Of a stretch of 28,129 nucleotides of DNA, positions 1-8,065 are shown in pieces. The notes under the pieces were generated by a model. That model saw only the letters and a program-made list of their open reading frames with translations, did no database searches and was not told the DNA's origin. The DNA is taken from the NCBI GenBank assembly GCA_027003085.1, contig JALWYR010000023.1, positions 1 to 28,129 of the forward strand. Reading direction: 5' to 3'. The position numbers and the translations under genes were made by a program. Position 1 is the stretch's first letter, and each line of letters begins with the position of its first letter. Source of the stretch: Flavobacteriales bacterium (lineage in GTDB: Bacteria; Bacteroidota; Bacteroidia; Flavobacteriales; Flavobacteriaceae).

Positions 1-2
1 TG

Positions 3-2021
3 GACGACCGGCTCGGCACGGGCATCAAAGACCTGGTGCAACAAAGCAAAAACAAAGCCCGGGCACTGAAAATCATCCATTGGCTTGCCGACAACGGCCT
101 GGTGGACTTGCAGGCCCGTGTGCGCGAACGTTACAAACCGCGTTTGGTAAGCTATATCGACACGGCCGACGAACGGGCCGTGGAAAAAGTGCTCAACGAC
201 CTGTCGTCCCGTGCCGTCAAGCAAAAGGAAGCCGTGCTGTTCTTTTACAGTCAATATTTGCCGCGCCGCCATCCGGTGCCCAAAAAGGTTTTGACCGAAC
301 GTTTTTCGTCGAACATCATTAAAGCTTTGGTGGACAAAGGCATATTCCGCGAAATCAAAGTGCCGGTCGACCGTCAGGTGTTCGACGAAACCGCCCGGCC
401 CGTTCCCCGGCTCAACCGGGCCCAGGAAAAAGCCCGGCAAGAAATTCAAACACAATGGCAAACCGGGAAACCCGTCCTGCTTCACGGCGTTACGGCCGCC
501 GGAAAAACCGAAATCTACCTCAACCTGATCGATGAAACGCTTCGCCGCCAACGCCAAGTGCTCTACCTGCTTCCCGAAATTGCCCTGACCACGCAAATGG
601 TGGCCCGCATTCGTGAGCGTTTCGGCAATACGGTGGCTGTTTACCACTCGCGCTACACACCCATGGAACGCTACGAAATTTGGCGGCACGTGCTGCATAA
701 CGACGAACAAGCACGCCTGGTCATAGGCACGCGTTCGGCGCTGTTCCTGCCTTTCAAGGCCCTTGACCTGATTGTGGTGGACGAAGAACACGATCAGTCC
801 TACAAGGAATATTTCCACCAACCTTTTTACCAGGCCCGCGATATGGCCACCGTTCTGGCCCGCTACACCGGTGCGCGCTTGCTTTTGGGCAGCGCCACGC
901 CTTCGGTCGAAAGCTATCACAATGCCCGGCAAGGCAAATACGCCCTGGTGGAACTGACCACCAAATACCACCAAGCCCCCGATCCCGAAATTCGCATTGT
1001 GGATTTAATCAAGGCCTACAAAGAAGGCCGGATAAAACTATCGTTTGCTTCCGAAACCCTGGACGCCATCCGGCAAACGGTAAGCGACGGCCTCCAAGCC
1101 ATGGTGTTTATCAACCGCCGCGGTTATGCGCCGGTTACCGTGTGCAAAACCTGCGGCCATATCGAACATTGCCCCCATTGTTCGGTGCCGCTTACCTATC
1201 ACCGCCACGACCAGAGCTTGCAGTGCCATTACTGCGGCTTTCGGATGCCTGTTCAGCACCGTTGCCGGGCCTGCGGCAGCACGGAATTGGACGTTTTGGG
1301 CCGCGGAACCCAAAAAATCGTGGACGAACTGCAAGAAATTTTTCCATCGTTCCGCATCCGGCGTATGGATGCCGACAGCATGCGACGCAAACGCGCCCTC
1401 GAAGAAATTATCGAAAGTTTTCGCCGGCACGAATTCGACATCCTGGTGGGCACGCAAATGATGACCAAAGGTTTGGACTTCGGCTTGCTGAGTTTGGCCG
1501 TTATTGTCAGTGCCGACCAGCTCATTGCCCGCCCCGATTTCCGGGCCCACGAACGGGCCTTCCAATTGCTTACCCAAATTGCCGGCCGCACCGGACGCCG
1601 CCAGCAACGCGGACAGGTGCTCATTCAGGCCTACGAAACCCGCCACCCGGTGTTGGATTTTGTGCTCCGCCACGATTATCGCGGATTTTTCGAAACCGAA
1701 ATCAGCGAACGAAAAAATTTCCGCTATCCGCCCTTCTACAAAATGGTGCGTTTGGAACTCAAAGCCCGCAACCCCGAAAATCTAAATCGCGCATCGGATT
1801 GGCTTGCCAAGGCCCTTACGGCCTATTTCCCCAATGTTTTGGGCCCTTCGGAACCGGCGGTTTACAAAATTCGCAACGATTACATCAAGGAAATTTTGGT
1901 CAAATTCGACCCCACCCGCTCCGACCGCCGCCAGCGCGAGATGCTTCGTAAAATCGTGCATAACTTCCGGGCCATTCCCCACTATCGCAACGTGAGGTTG
2001 GCGGTGAATGTGGATCCGTAA
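3..2021 (+). CDS. priA: Primosomal protein N' (replication restart helicase), 5'-truncated by the window edge
   Basis: Frame is open from base 3, upstream of the GTG at 36. Walker A HGVTAAGKTE, DEEHD, SATPS, four CxxC pairs (CKTC, CPHC, CHYC, CRAC), QIAGRTGR, C-terminal VNVDP. Confidence 0.97.
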   Translation, partial: DDRLGTGIKDLVQQSKNKARALKIIHWLADNGLVDLQARVRERYKPRLVSYIDTADERAVEKVLNDLSSRAVKQKEAVLFFYSQYLPRRHPVPKKVLTERFSSNIIKALVDKGIFREIKVPVDRQVFDETARPVPRLNRAQEKARQEIQTQWQTGKPVLLHGVTAAGKTEIYLNLIDETLRRQRQVLYLLPEIALTTQMVARIRERFGNTVAVYHSRYTPMERYEIWRHVLHNDEQARLVIGTRSALFLPFKALDLIVVDEEHDQSYKEYFHQPFYQARDMATVLARYTGARLLLGSATPSVESYHNARQGKYALVELTTKYHQAPDPEIRIVDLIKAYKEGRIKLSFASETLDAIRQTVSDGLQAMVFINRRGYAPVTVCKTCGHIEHCPHCSVPLTYHRHDQSLQCHYCGFRMPVQHRCRACGSTELDVLGRGTQKIVDELQEIFPSFRIRRMDADSMRRKRALEEIIESFRRHEFDILVGTQMMTKGLDFGLLSLAVIVSADQLIARPDFRAHERAFQLLTQIAGRTGRRQQRGQVLIQAYETRHPVLDFVLRHDYRGFFETEISERKNFRYPPFYKMVRLELKARNPENLNRASDWLAKALTAYFPNVLGPSEPAVYKIRNDYIKEILVKFDPTRSDRRQREMLRKIVHNFRAIPHYRNVRLAVNVDP

Positions 2022-2152
2022 ATTTTAGGCACTATATTTTTTTGTGCTCCGGCAAGTCTGCGCTTCCGGTAGCCAACGCACAGACCTCGCTTGTTTTCCC
2101 TCGCAGTGCTTGGTTTTTCCCCAAGGCAATATGAGCCAACATTATGCGGGAT

Positions 2153-2180
2153 AATAAAACGGGAGATGAAAGCACCTCCC
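2153..2180 (-). terminator. Probable intrinsic terminator of the tRNA operon
   Basis: Minus strand reads GGGAGGTG-CTTT-CATCTCCC then GTTTTATT, 10 bp downstream of tRNA-Arg. Confidence 0.7.
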
Positions 2181-2190
2181 GGGAACCAAG

Positions 2191-2264
2191 CGACCGCGGC
2201 AGGATTCGAACCTGCGACCGGCTGCTTAGAAGGCAGCTGCTCTATCCGGCTGAGCTACGCGGCC
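2191..2264 (-). tRNA. tRNA-Arg(TCT), CCA not encoded
   Basis: Cloverleaf: acceptor GGCCGCG/CGCGGTC, D-stem GCTC/GAGC, anticodon arm GCTGC-CTTCTAA-GCAGC, T-arm GCAGG-TTCGAAT-CCTGC. Confidence 0.97.
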
Positions 2265-2272
2265 AATGCAGG

Positions 2273-2347
2273 TCGGGGTAGCAGGATTCGAACCTGCGAC
2301 TTCCTGGTCCCAAACCAGGCGCGCTAACCGGGCTGCGCTATACCCCG
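2273..2347 (-). tRNA. tRNA-Pro(TGG)
   Basis: Acceptor CGGGGTA/TACCCCG, anticodon arm CCTGG-TTTGGGA-CCAGG, T-loop TTCGAAT. Confidence 0.97.
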
Positions 2348-2375
2348 CTATCAAAACGGGCACAAATAAAAAAAG

Positions 2376-2459
2376 CGGAGAGACAGGGATTCGAACCCTG
2401 GACACGCTTTCGCGTGCACGGATTAGCAATCCGCTCCGTTACCACTCCGGCACCTCTCC
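2376..2459 (-). tRNA. tRNA-Ser(GCT), long variable arm
   Basis: Acceptor GGAGAGG/TCTCTCC, anticodon arm GCGGA-TTGCTAA-TCCGT, variable hairpin GCACGC-GAAA-GCGTGT, T-arm CAGGG-TTCGAAT-CCCTG. Confidence 0.97.
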
Positions 2460-2471
2460 GTTTGGCAAGTG

Positions 2472-2479
2472 CAAATTTA
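2472..2479 (-). promoter_or_regulatory. Bacteroidota -7 promoter element for the tRNA operon
   Basis: TAAATTTG on the minus strand (consensus TAnnTTTG), 12 bp upstream of tRNA-Ser. Confidence 0.75.
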
Positions 2480-2489
2480 CAAAAAAACT

Positions 2490-4526
2490 TTATTTCATTT
2501 CCGGATAGGCCACCCGCAAATGATAAATATTTTTCAGCTTGCTTTTAAGCACTTTTTTCGCCTTGCTGATTTCCTTCAAACTCAAATCACTATTCATCAA
2601 AAGCCCTTCCTGCAACTGCCGATCGATGATTTGGTCCACCAAAGTATCGATTTGTTCGGCCGTGGGTAAGGCCAAACTTTTGGACGCCGCTTCCACCGAA
2701 TCGGCCATCATCAAAATGGCTGTTTCCTTGGAAAACGGATCGGGACCCGGATACCGGAAATCCTCGGGATTAATATCCTCGTTTTGTTCCTTGGCCTTGT
2801 TGTAAAAATAATACACCAAGCCGCGCCCGTGATGTGTGCGAATAAAATCAATAATCCGCTCGGGCAAATTGTTTTTCCGTGCCATTTCTATGCCGTCCAA
2901 CACGTGCCTGATAATGATATGTGCACTTTCCCGGGGCGGCAAGTTTTCGTGCGGATTGATGCCCGATGTTTGATTTTCGGTAAAATATTTGGGGTTTTTC
3001 ATCTTACCGATGTCGTGATACAAAGCCCCCACTCTGACAAGCAAAGCATTGGCACCCAATTCGTTGGCTATGGCCTCCGCCAAATTGGCCACCTGAATCG
3101 AATGCTGGAAAGTTCCCGGCGCCTTCTCGGCCAAATTACGCAGTAATTTGTTGTTGGTGTTGAGCAATTCCAACAAACTCACATCCGAAGCCAGTCCGAA
3201 CATTTTTTCGAACAACAAAATCAGCTCGTGCATCAGCACCACCGCCAATATTCCGCTGAGCAGGAAAAGCAAAAACACACGCCAGTCCAAACCCGCCCAA
3301 TCGCCTTGGCGAACCAGCATATAACCGGTGTAAACCACAGCATAAACAATGACTACGCGCATAATCGACAGGAACATCTCGCTCCGGGTGGTCAGGTTAC
3401 GCATAGACAGCAAAGCCGCCAATCCGGCCGTGGTTTGCACCAAACCGTAGGTGGTGGTTTCCGTAACGCCCAACGATGCAATCACCACACCCACAACCAA
3501 GGCAAACAAGGCCACACGCCGGTTGAAAAAGGTTTGCACAATCACCGGAAGTATGATAAACGGCACGGCAAACACATAAAACGGCCAATACCTTTGGGTA
3601 ACAAACACCATAACGCTCACCAGCAGGATGTTGATAAAAATCAAGGTGAGCGCCGCATTGTTATTATAAATGGGTTCTTCGTATAGATTCAAGTAAAACA
3701 AGAACAGGGCGAACAATGTCAAAACAATCAATACGAAGCCCAAACGAATCCAACCGAAATTTCTTTGGTCGCGGGCATAGATTTGTTTCAACGCATCCAA
3801 CGCCCGCACTTGTGTGGCGGTAAGCCGTTCGCCCGTCGAGGCCAATCGTTCGCCTTTGTAGTAAATTTTTTTGGCCGGACGTATGGCATCCAAAGCGGTT
3901 TTGAAATATTTGCGGGTATATGCATCGTCGTATTCGGCCGTGGGTTTCAGGTTTTTGAAAAAAGCCGCCATAATCCGACTACGTTCACCGGGCGGAAGTT
4001 TATTTAAACGGGATTCCAGGAACCGCTTAACCCGCCCCAAGGGCAAATAGCCCGCGCTGTCCAGCATCAACACTTGATTTCCACGTCGTAGCCAAACCGG
4101 ATGCTGTACCAAACTATCAGGCATCCCGCGGATGATTTGCCGGCGGTAGAGTTCCGAAAAAACCTTCCTTGCCGTTTGTGTTGTGGTAGTTTCGCCAAAA
4201 AGTTCCCAAAAGGAACCTCCGCCAATATCCCCGGCAATACGCCGGAAAACCGCTTGGGTATCCACGGGAATTTCCCGTATAAAAGCCGGTGTTGTTTTGC
4301 GAATCGAATCTTTCCGTTTACGAACCGAAACCGCCGGTTCGTCCACGCTGAAATCCATGGGCGCATACAAATCGGGATAATGCCACAATTGCCCCGCGGA
4401 ATAGGTGTAGGGAAAACGCTCGCGTTGCGGATAAAAATAAAGCAACACGAGCACCGAACCCAGCACCAACACGGCCTTGTAAATATGCGTGCTGTATCTG
4501 AAAATATCCGAAAGCCGGTTTTTCAC
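2490..4526 (-). CDS. 7TM-HDIG membrane HD-family phosphohydrolase (PgpH/YqfF-like, candidate cyclic di-AMP phosphodiesterase)
   Basis: N-terminal TM helix, large extracytoplasmic region, ~7 hydrophobic helices, then HD domain motifs FQHSIQVA, LYHDIGK, IRTHHG, MADSVEAAS. Substrate is inferred from the family. Confidence 0.88.
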   Translation of the reverse strand: MKNRLSDIFRYSTHIYKAVLVLGSVLVLLYFYPQRERFPYTYSAGQLWHYPDLYAPMDFSVDEPAVSVRKRKDSIRKTTPAFIREIPVDTQAVFRRIAGDIGGGSFWELFGETTTTQTARKVFSELYRRQIIRGMPDSLVQHPVWLRRGNQVLMLDSAGYLPLGRVKRFLESRLNKLPPGERSRIMAAFFKNLKPTAEYDDAYTRKYFKTALDAIRPAKKIYYKGERLASTGERLTATQVRALDALKQIYARDQRNFGWIRLGFVLIVLTLFALFLFYLNLYEEPIYNNNAALTLIFINILLVSVMVFVTQRYWPFYVFAVPFIILPVIVQTFFNRRVALFALVVGVVIASLGVTETTTYGLVQTTAGLAALLSMRNLTTRSEMFLSIMRVVIVYAVVYTGYMLVRQGDWAGLDWRVFLLFLLSGILAVVLMHELILLFEKMFGLASDVSLLELLNTNNKLLRNLAEKAPGTFQHSIQVANLAEAIANELGANALLVRVGALYHDIGKMKNPKYFTENQTSGINPHENLPPRESAHIIIRHVLDGIEMARKNNLPERIIDFIRTHHGRGLVYYFYNKAKEQNEDINPEDFRYPGPDPFSKETAILMMADSVEAASKSLALPTAEQIDTLVDQIIDRQLQEGLLMNSDLSLKEISKAKKVLKSKLKNIYHLRVAYPEMK

Positions 4527-4548
4527 CTTTCCAAGGGTTTGTTACGAA

Positions 4549-4556
4549 CAAAGTTA
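4549..4556 (-). promoter_or_regulatory. -7 promoter element of the HD phosphohydrolase gene
   Basis: TAACTTTG on the minus strand, 22 bp upstream of the ATG at 4526. Confidence 0.7.
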
Positions 4557-4598
4557 CATTTTCTTTCCGATAGCATCTTTTTATCCTATCGTCTTTCC

Positions 4599-5756
4599 TT
4601 ACTTTATCCAATTTTGCGGCCATACTTTTAGCTTCGGTAAATCCCACAAATGCGGTGGTGGAAGTAAATTATCCAATCCCGCTTGCATTGTTTTTTGCGG
4701 AATTTGTTTCAAAAAACCGGTGATATAAAGATGATAACGCACCATCTTACGGAAATCCGCATCATTATCGAAATAGGATTTACGCAACACGAACAAACTT
4801 GTGGGCAAAACTTCAAAATACCAGCGTTCGCCGCTACGGTATTTATACACCCACACCGGCAAGTAACGCACACTGTCCAAATACAATTTCCCTTGGCGTT
4901 TTATCCATCGAACCCACAACACCACACTGCCGTCGCGCGGAAAATCCCGTTGGTTCGAAATAAAATTCCCCAACGAATAGGCCGTAAGTTTTCCTTTTTC
5001 TTTATTCCAAACCACCGGCTCCACCACGTGCGGATGATTGCCGATAATGATACGGATACCCAAGCTGTGCAGAAATTTTTCCCACCGCAATTGCCCGGGC
5101 GAAGGATGCGTGCGGTATTGTTGCCCCCAGTGCAAGAACACGATGATGTCGTCGAAGCGCTTCGAGGCCCGCAGTCGTTCCACATCGTGTCGCACACGGG
5201 CAGTATCCAGGATATTGACATAACATCCCTGCGGCACGGGCAAGCCGTTGGTGCCATAGGTGTAATTGAGCACGGCCAGCCGGATACGGCCCTTTCGTAT
5301 TTCGGCATAGGGAACGCTGTCCAAAGGTAAGACCCCCGAACCCGTGTGTTCCATAGCCAGTTTGTCGAGGGTGGCGGCGGTGTTGCCGATGCCTTCGGCA
5401 CCCCGGTCGCAGCTGTGGTTGTTGGCCGTCATCAGGTGTGTGAATCCGGCCCGTTGCAAGGCCAAAGCAAGCACTTCGGGCGCACCAAAGCGCGGATAGC
5501 CCGTATAATTCCGTTTGACCAAAGTGGTTTCCAGGTTGCCCACAACCGCATCGGCGGAGGAAAACAAAGGAGCAATCCATCCGAAGGATGCATCGAAATC
5601 ATAGCGTCCGCTTTGGCTATCAAATGCGCCGCGGATTTGCGGGCCGTGCATCATAATATCGCCCGTAAAGGCCACACAAAGCGTGTCGGTATTTTGTGCC
5701 GTGGCGGTGGATAGCCATAAAGCCGCAAGCCAAAAAAACAAGGACTTACCGCGCAT
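4599..5756 (-). CDS. CapA/PGA_cap family exported metallophosphoesterase-fold protein
   Basis: Start re-called to ATG 5756 (MRGKSLFFWLAALWLSTATA-Q signal peptide). Motifs FTGDIMMH, GNLET, ANNHSCD, FLHWG, GNHPHV, YSLGNF. Confidence 0.9.
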   Translation of the reverse strand: MRGKSLFFWLAALWLSTATAQNTDTLCVAFTGDIMMHGPQIRGAFDSQSGRYDFDASFGWIAPLFSSADAVVGNLETTLVKRNYTGYPRFGAPEVLALALQRAGFTHLMTANNHSCDRGAEGIGNTAATLDKLAMEHTGSGVLPLDSVPYAEIRKGRIRLAVLNYTYGTNGLPVPQGCYVNILDTARVRHDVERLRASKRFDDIIVFLHWGQQYRTHPSPGQLRWEKFLHSLGIRIIIGNHPHVVEPVVWNKEKGKLTAYSLGNFISNQRDFPRDGSVVLWVRWIKRQGKLYLDSVRYLPVWVYKYRSGERWYFEVLPTSLFVLRKSYFDNDADFRKMVRYHLYITGFLKQIPQKTMQAGLDNLLPPPHLWDLPKLKVWPQNWIK

Positions 5757-7011
5757 AAACCCGTATAATTTCGTCCCAACGTGTGGTGTAGCGCGGTGAG
5801 CGGCGCATTTGGGCCAGTTGCCAGGCACGGGCTTGTCCTTGGGCGGCAATGCGCACGCTGTGGCGTCCTTCGGTGCGGTTGATACGGTCGATCACTTGCA
5901 TCAGCCGGTAATGTTTTTCGTCGGCAAACGGCCGGAACAGGTTCAATTGCCTATGGCCTTCGGGCTGCAAACCCGTAAGCATAATGCCGGCTTTTTTGTA
6001 GGCCAAATCCGGCCTCCAAATACGGCGCAGCGCTTCGCGGGCATAGTGGATAAGCACAATGCTGCTGCCGGTGGCATAAGGTAAGGTTACGGTATAGTGC
6101 AAAGCCCGGTAATCCTGTTGTTTACGAAAACGGTTGGTGCGCAAAAAAACGGTGATGTAACGGGCCCATGAGCCCTGCGCGCGTAGTTTTTCGGCCGCCA
6201 CGGCCGTAAAATGGGCAATGGCTTCGTCCACAAAATCCCTGTCGGAAGTGTCTTTGACAAAAGTGCGTGCCGTGCGAATGGCTTTGCGCGGCGGAATGCC
6301 TTGTTCCAAATCCCATACCGGACGACCCAGAAGTTCGTATTTGGTACGCAGGCCTTGAATGCTCATGCGTTTGCGTATCCACTTGTCGGGCAGGCGGACG
6401 AAATCGGCGGCCGTATGCACAGCTTGCCGTTGAAGGCGTTCGGCATAGCGCCGTCCGATGCCCCACACGTCCTCCACGGGTGTCATTTCCAGGGCGCGGT
6501 GTATTTTGGCCGGCGTATCGGCCACGGCCACCCCGCCGGGCATGTGTTTTTTGGCTATACGGTTCAGCGCTTTGGCCAGGGTTTTGGTGGGCGCAAAACC
6601 TATGCTCACCGGAATGCCGATATAGCGCCGGACGCGCCGGCGAATCTTCTGCCCCAGCGCTTTAAAATCCGTAGCGGGCGGAAATCCCCGGAAATCCAAA
6701 AAGGCCTCGTCGATGGAATATATTTCCACCCCGGGCGTAAATTCGCCGAAAATCCGCATCATCCGGTCCGACATATCGCCGTAGAGCGCATAGTTGGACG
6801 AAAAAGCCACAAGTTTTCCGCTTTCGATAAGCCGGCGCACTTGAAAAGCCGGCGTACCCATGGCAATGCCCATGCGTTTGGCCTCGTTGCTACGGGCAAT
6901 GATCACCCCGTCGTTGTTAGACAGCACCACCACGGGCCGCCCTTTGAGCGAAGGGTCGAACACGCGTTCACAGGATACGTAAAAATTATTTCCGTCGGCC
7001 AGGGCAAACAC
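5746..7011 (-). CDS. umuC: Y-family DNA polymerase V catalytic subunit
   Basis: GTG start; DGNNFYVSCE, VVVLSNNDG, YSIDEAFLD, WGIGRR, and a C-terminal SPRYTTRW (DUF4113-like) tail. Confidence 0.95.
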   Translation of the reverse strand: MFALADGNNFYVSCERVFDPSLKGRPVVVLSNNDGVIIARSNEAKRMGIAMGTPAFQVRRLIESGKLVAFSSNYALYGDMSDRMMRIFGEFTPGVEIYSIDEAFLDFRGFPPATDFKALGQKIRRRVRRYIGIPVSIGFAPTKTLAKALNRIAKKHMPGGVAVADTPAKIHRALEMTPVEDVWGIGRRYAERLQRQAVHTAADFVRLPDKWIRKRMSIQGLRTKYELLGRPVWDLEQGIPPRKAIRTARTFVKDTSDRDFVDEAIAHFTAVAAEKLRAQGSWARYITVFLRTNRFRKQQDYRALHYTVTLPYATGSSIVLIHYAREALRRIWRPDLAYKKAGIMLTGLQPEGHRQLNLFRPFADEKHYRLMQVIDRINRTEGRHSVRIAAQGQARAWQLAQMRRSPRYTTRWDEIIRVYAR

Positions 7012-7014
7012 GGC

Positions 7015-7467
7015 TTACATTTTTTTGATCACATAGGTAACGATGCCCCAAATCATAAATTCGTTTTCGGGTGTTACTTCAATGGGCGCATAGTCGGCAT
7101 TGGCGGGCATCAGCAGGATTTTGCCGTCTTGGCGGCGAATGGTTTTGACCGTAAATTCCCCGTCCACAAAACATACGGCCGTCATGCCGTCCTGCCAGTC
7201 CAGCGAACGGTCGATCACCAGGATGTCGCCGTCCGAAATGCCGGCATCTTTCATGGAATCGCCCTTGACGCGTCCGTAGAAGGTGGCGGCCGGATGCTTG
7301 ATGAGTTCCTTGTTCAAATCCAGGGTCAAGTCCATATAATCCTGCGCGGGCGAAGGAAAGCCGGCCCGTATGCCGCCGTCGGCAAAAGGCAATGCCAGGC
7401 CGGTGGAATCATCGGCCCGGTAGAAGGTGATGGTGGGTGTTTGGCGCATAAGTTTAAGCCGTATCAT
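7015..7467 (-). CDS. umuD: S24 peptidase, Pol V accessory subunit (alternative start at 7449)
   Basis: Ala-Gly autocleavage site IRAGFPSPAQDY, catalytic Ser in VKGDSM, Lys in FTVK; no HTH; ends 3 bp before umuC. Confidence 0.93.
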   Translation of the reverse strand: MIRLKLMRQTPTITFYRADDSTGLALPFADGGIRAGFPSPAQDYMDLTLDLNKELIKHPAATFYGRVKGDSMKDAGISDGDILVIDRSLDWQDGMTAVCFVDGEFTVKTIRRQDGKILLMPANADYAPIEVTPENEFMIWGIVTYVIKKM

Positions 7468-7497
7468 CGCGGGTGGTTTTTCGGGAAATCGGTTCTA

Positions 7498-7505
7498 CGA
7501 AGTTA
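7498..7505 (-). promoter_or_regulatory. Candidate -7 element for umuDC
   Basis: TAACTTCG on the minus strand (one mismatch to TAnnTTTG), 30 bp upstream of ATG 7467. Confidence 0.55.
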
Positions 7506-7557
7506 CAAAATTTCCGGCCGGATAGTGTGGATAGATATCGACTGATTTTTCACTATC

Positions 7558-7967
7558 GCTGCGCCTTCGGGGGTTATTAAAATTTAACCACAGAGTCGCA
7601 CGGAGTCCGGCACAGCGTTGCACGGAGTTTTAATTCCTTTCCACTATTGTAAACATTGAAGAATATTGCTACTTTGCAAGCCGGCCTAATCTTACAAAAA
7701 ATTATCCCTCTGTGTTATTCTGTGAAAAAAACTCTGAGTCCTCTGTGGTTTATAAAATTTAACCACAGAGTCGCACAGAGTACGGCACAGAGTCGTGCAG
7801 AGTTTTATTCCTTTCCACTACTGTAAACATTAAAGGACATCGCCGATTTGTAACTCGGTGAAATTTTGAAAAAATATCTCTCTGTGTTACTCTGTGAAAT
7901 ATAACTCTGCGTCCTCTGTGGTTTTTTATAAATTTTACCACAGCGTTACACGGAGTCCGGTACAGAG
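7558..7967. repeat. REP/BIME-like array of long imperfect palindromes built from CACAGAG/CTCTGTG heptamers, 175 bp period
   Basis: AACCACAGAG at 7586 and 7761 and TACCACAGCG at 7936 (exactly 175 bp apart); inverted CTCTGTGGTT at 7741 and 7914; degenerate copy at 7558-7575. Each arm has 3-4 heptamer variants. Confidence 0.92.
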
Positions 7968-8065
7968 TTTTTTTTTTCGATAATGAACAACTTAGATTTT
8001 TCGCTCAATTTACACTGCGCTTACAGGCGGTAAAATAATGCCTGTTTTTTGTTATCTTTCGGGCT

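Noticed and set aside
2199-2300. Exact 20-bp direct repeat GCAGGATTCGAACCTGCGAC (2199-2218 and 2281-2300), resembling attL/attR
   Set aside because: Both copies are the T-arms of complete tRNA-Arg and tRNA-Pro genes; no integrase or separate partial tRNA copy is present.
5746-7467. umuDC as a marker of a prophage or ICE
   Set aside because: Composition is host-like, the flanks are housekeeping genes, and no integrase, relaxase or phage genes are seen.
6211-7545. 444 aa plus-strand ORF over umuC/umuD
   Set aside because: Antisense shadow of clearly identifiable genes; no recognisable domain.
4565-7560. Similar GATAG...CTATC hairpins at both ends of umuD-umuC-capA (4568-4591 and 7521-7557) as element termini
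   Set aside because: Only 5-7 bp arms match, spacing differs and there is no target-site duplication; compatible with chance.
7759-7941. 60 aa minus-strand ORF in the repeat array
   Set aside because: Its sequence (NHRGRR, HRVTQR, SVRLCG) is just the translated heptamers; no evidence it is a gene.
7558-7967. CRISPR array interpretation
   Set aside because: The repeats are ~90 bp and imperfect, the two spacers are homologous to each other, and there are no cas genes.
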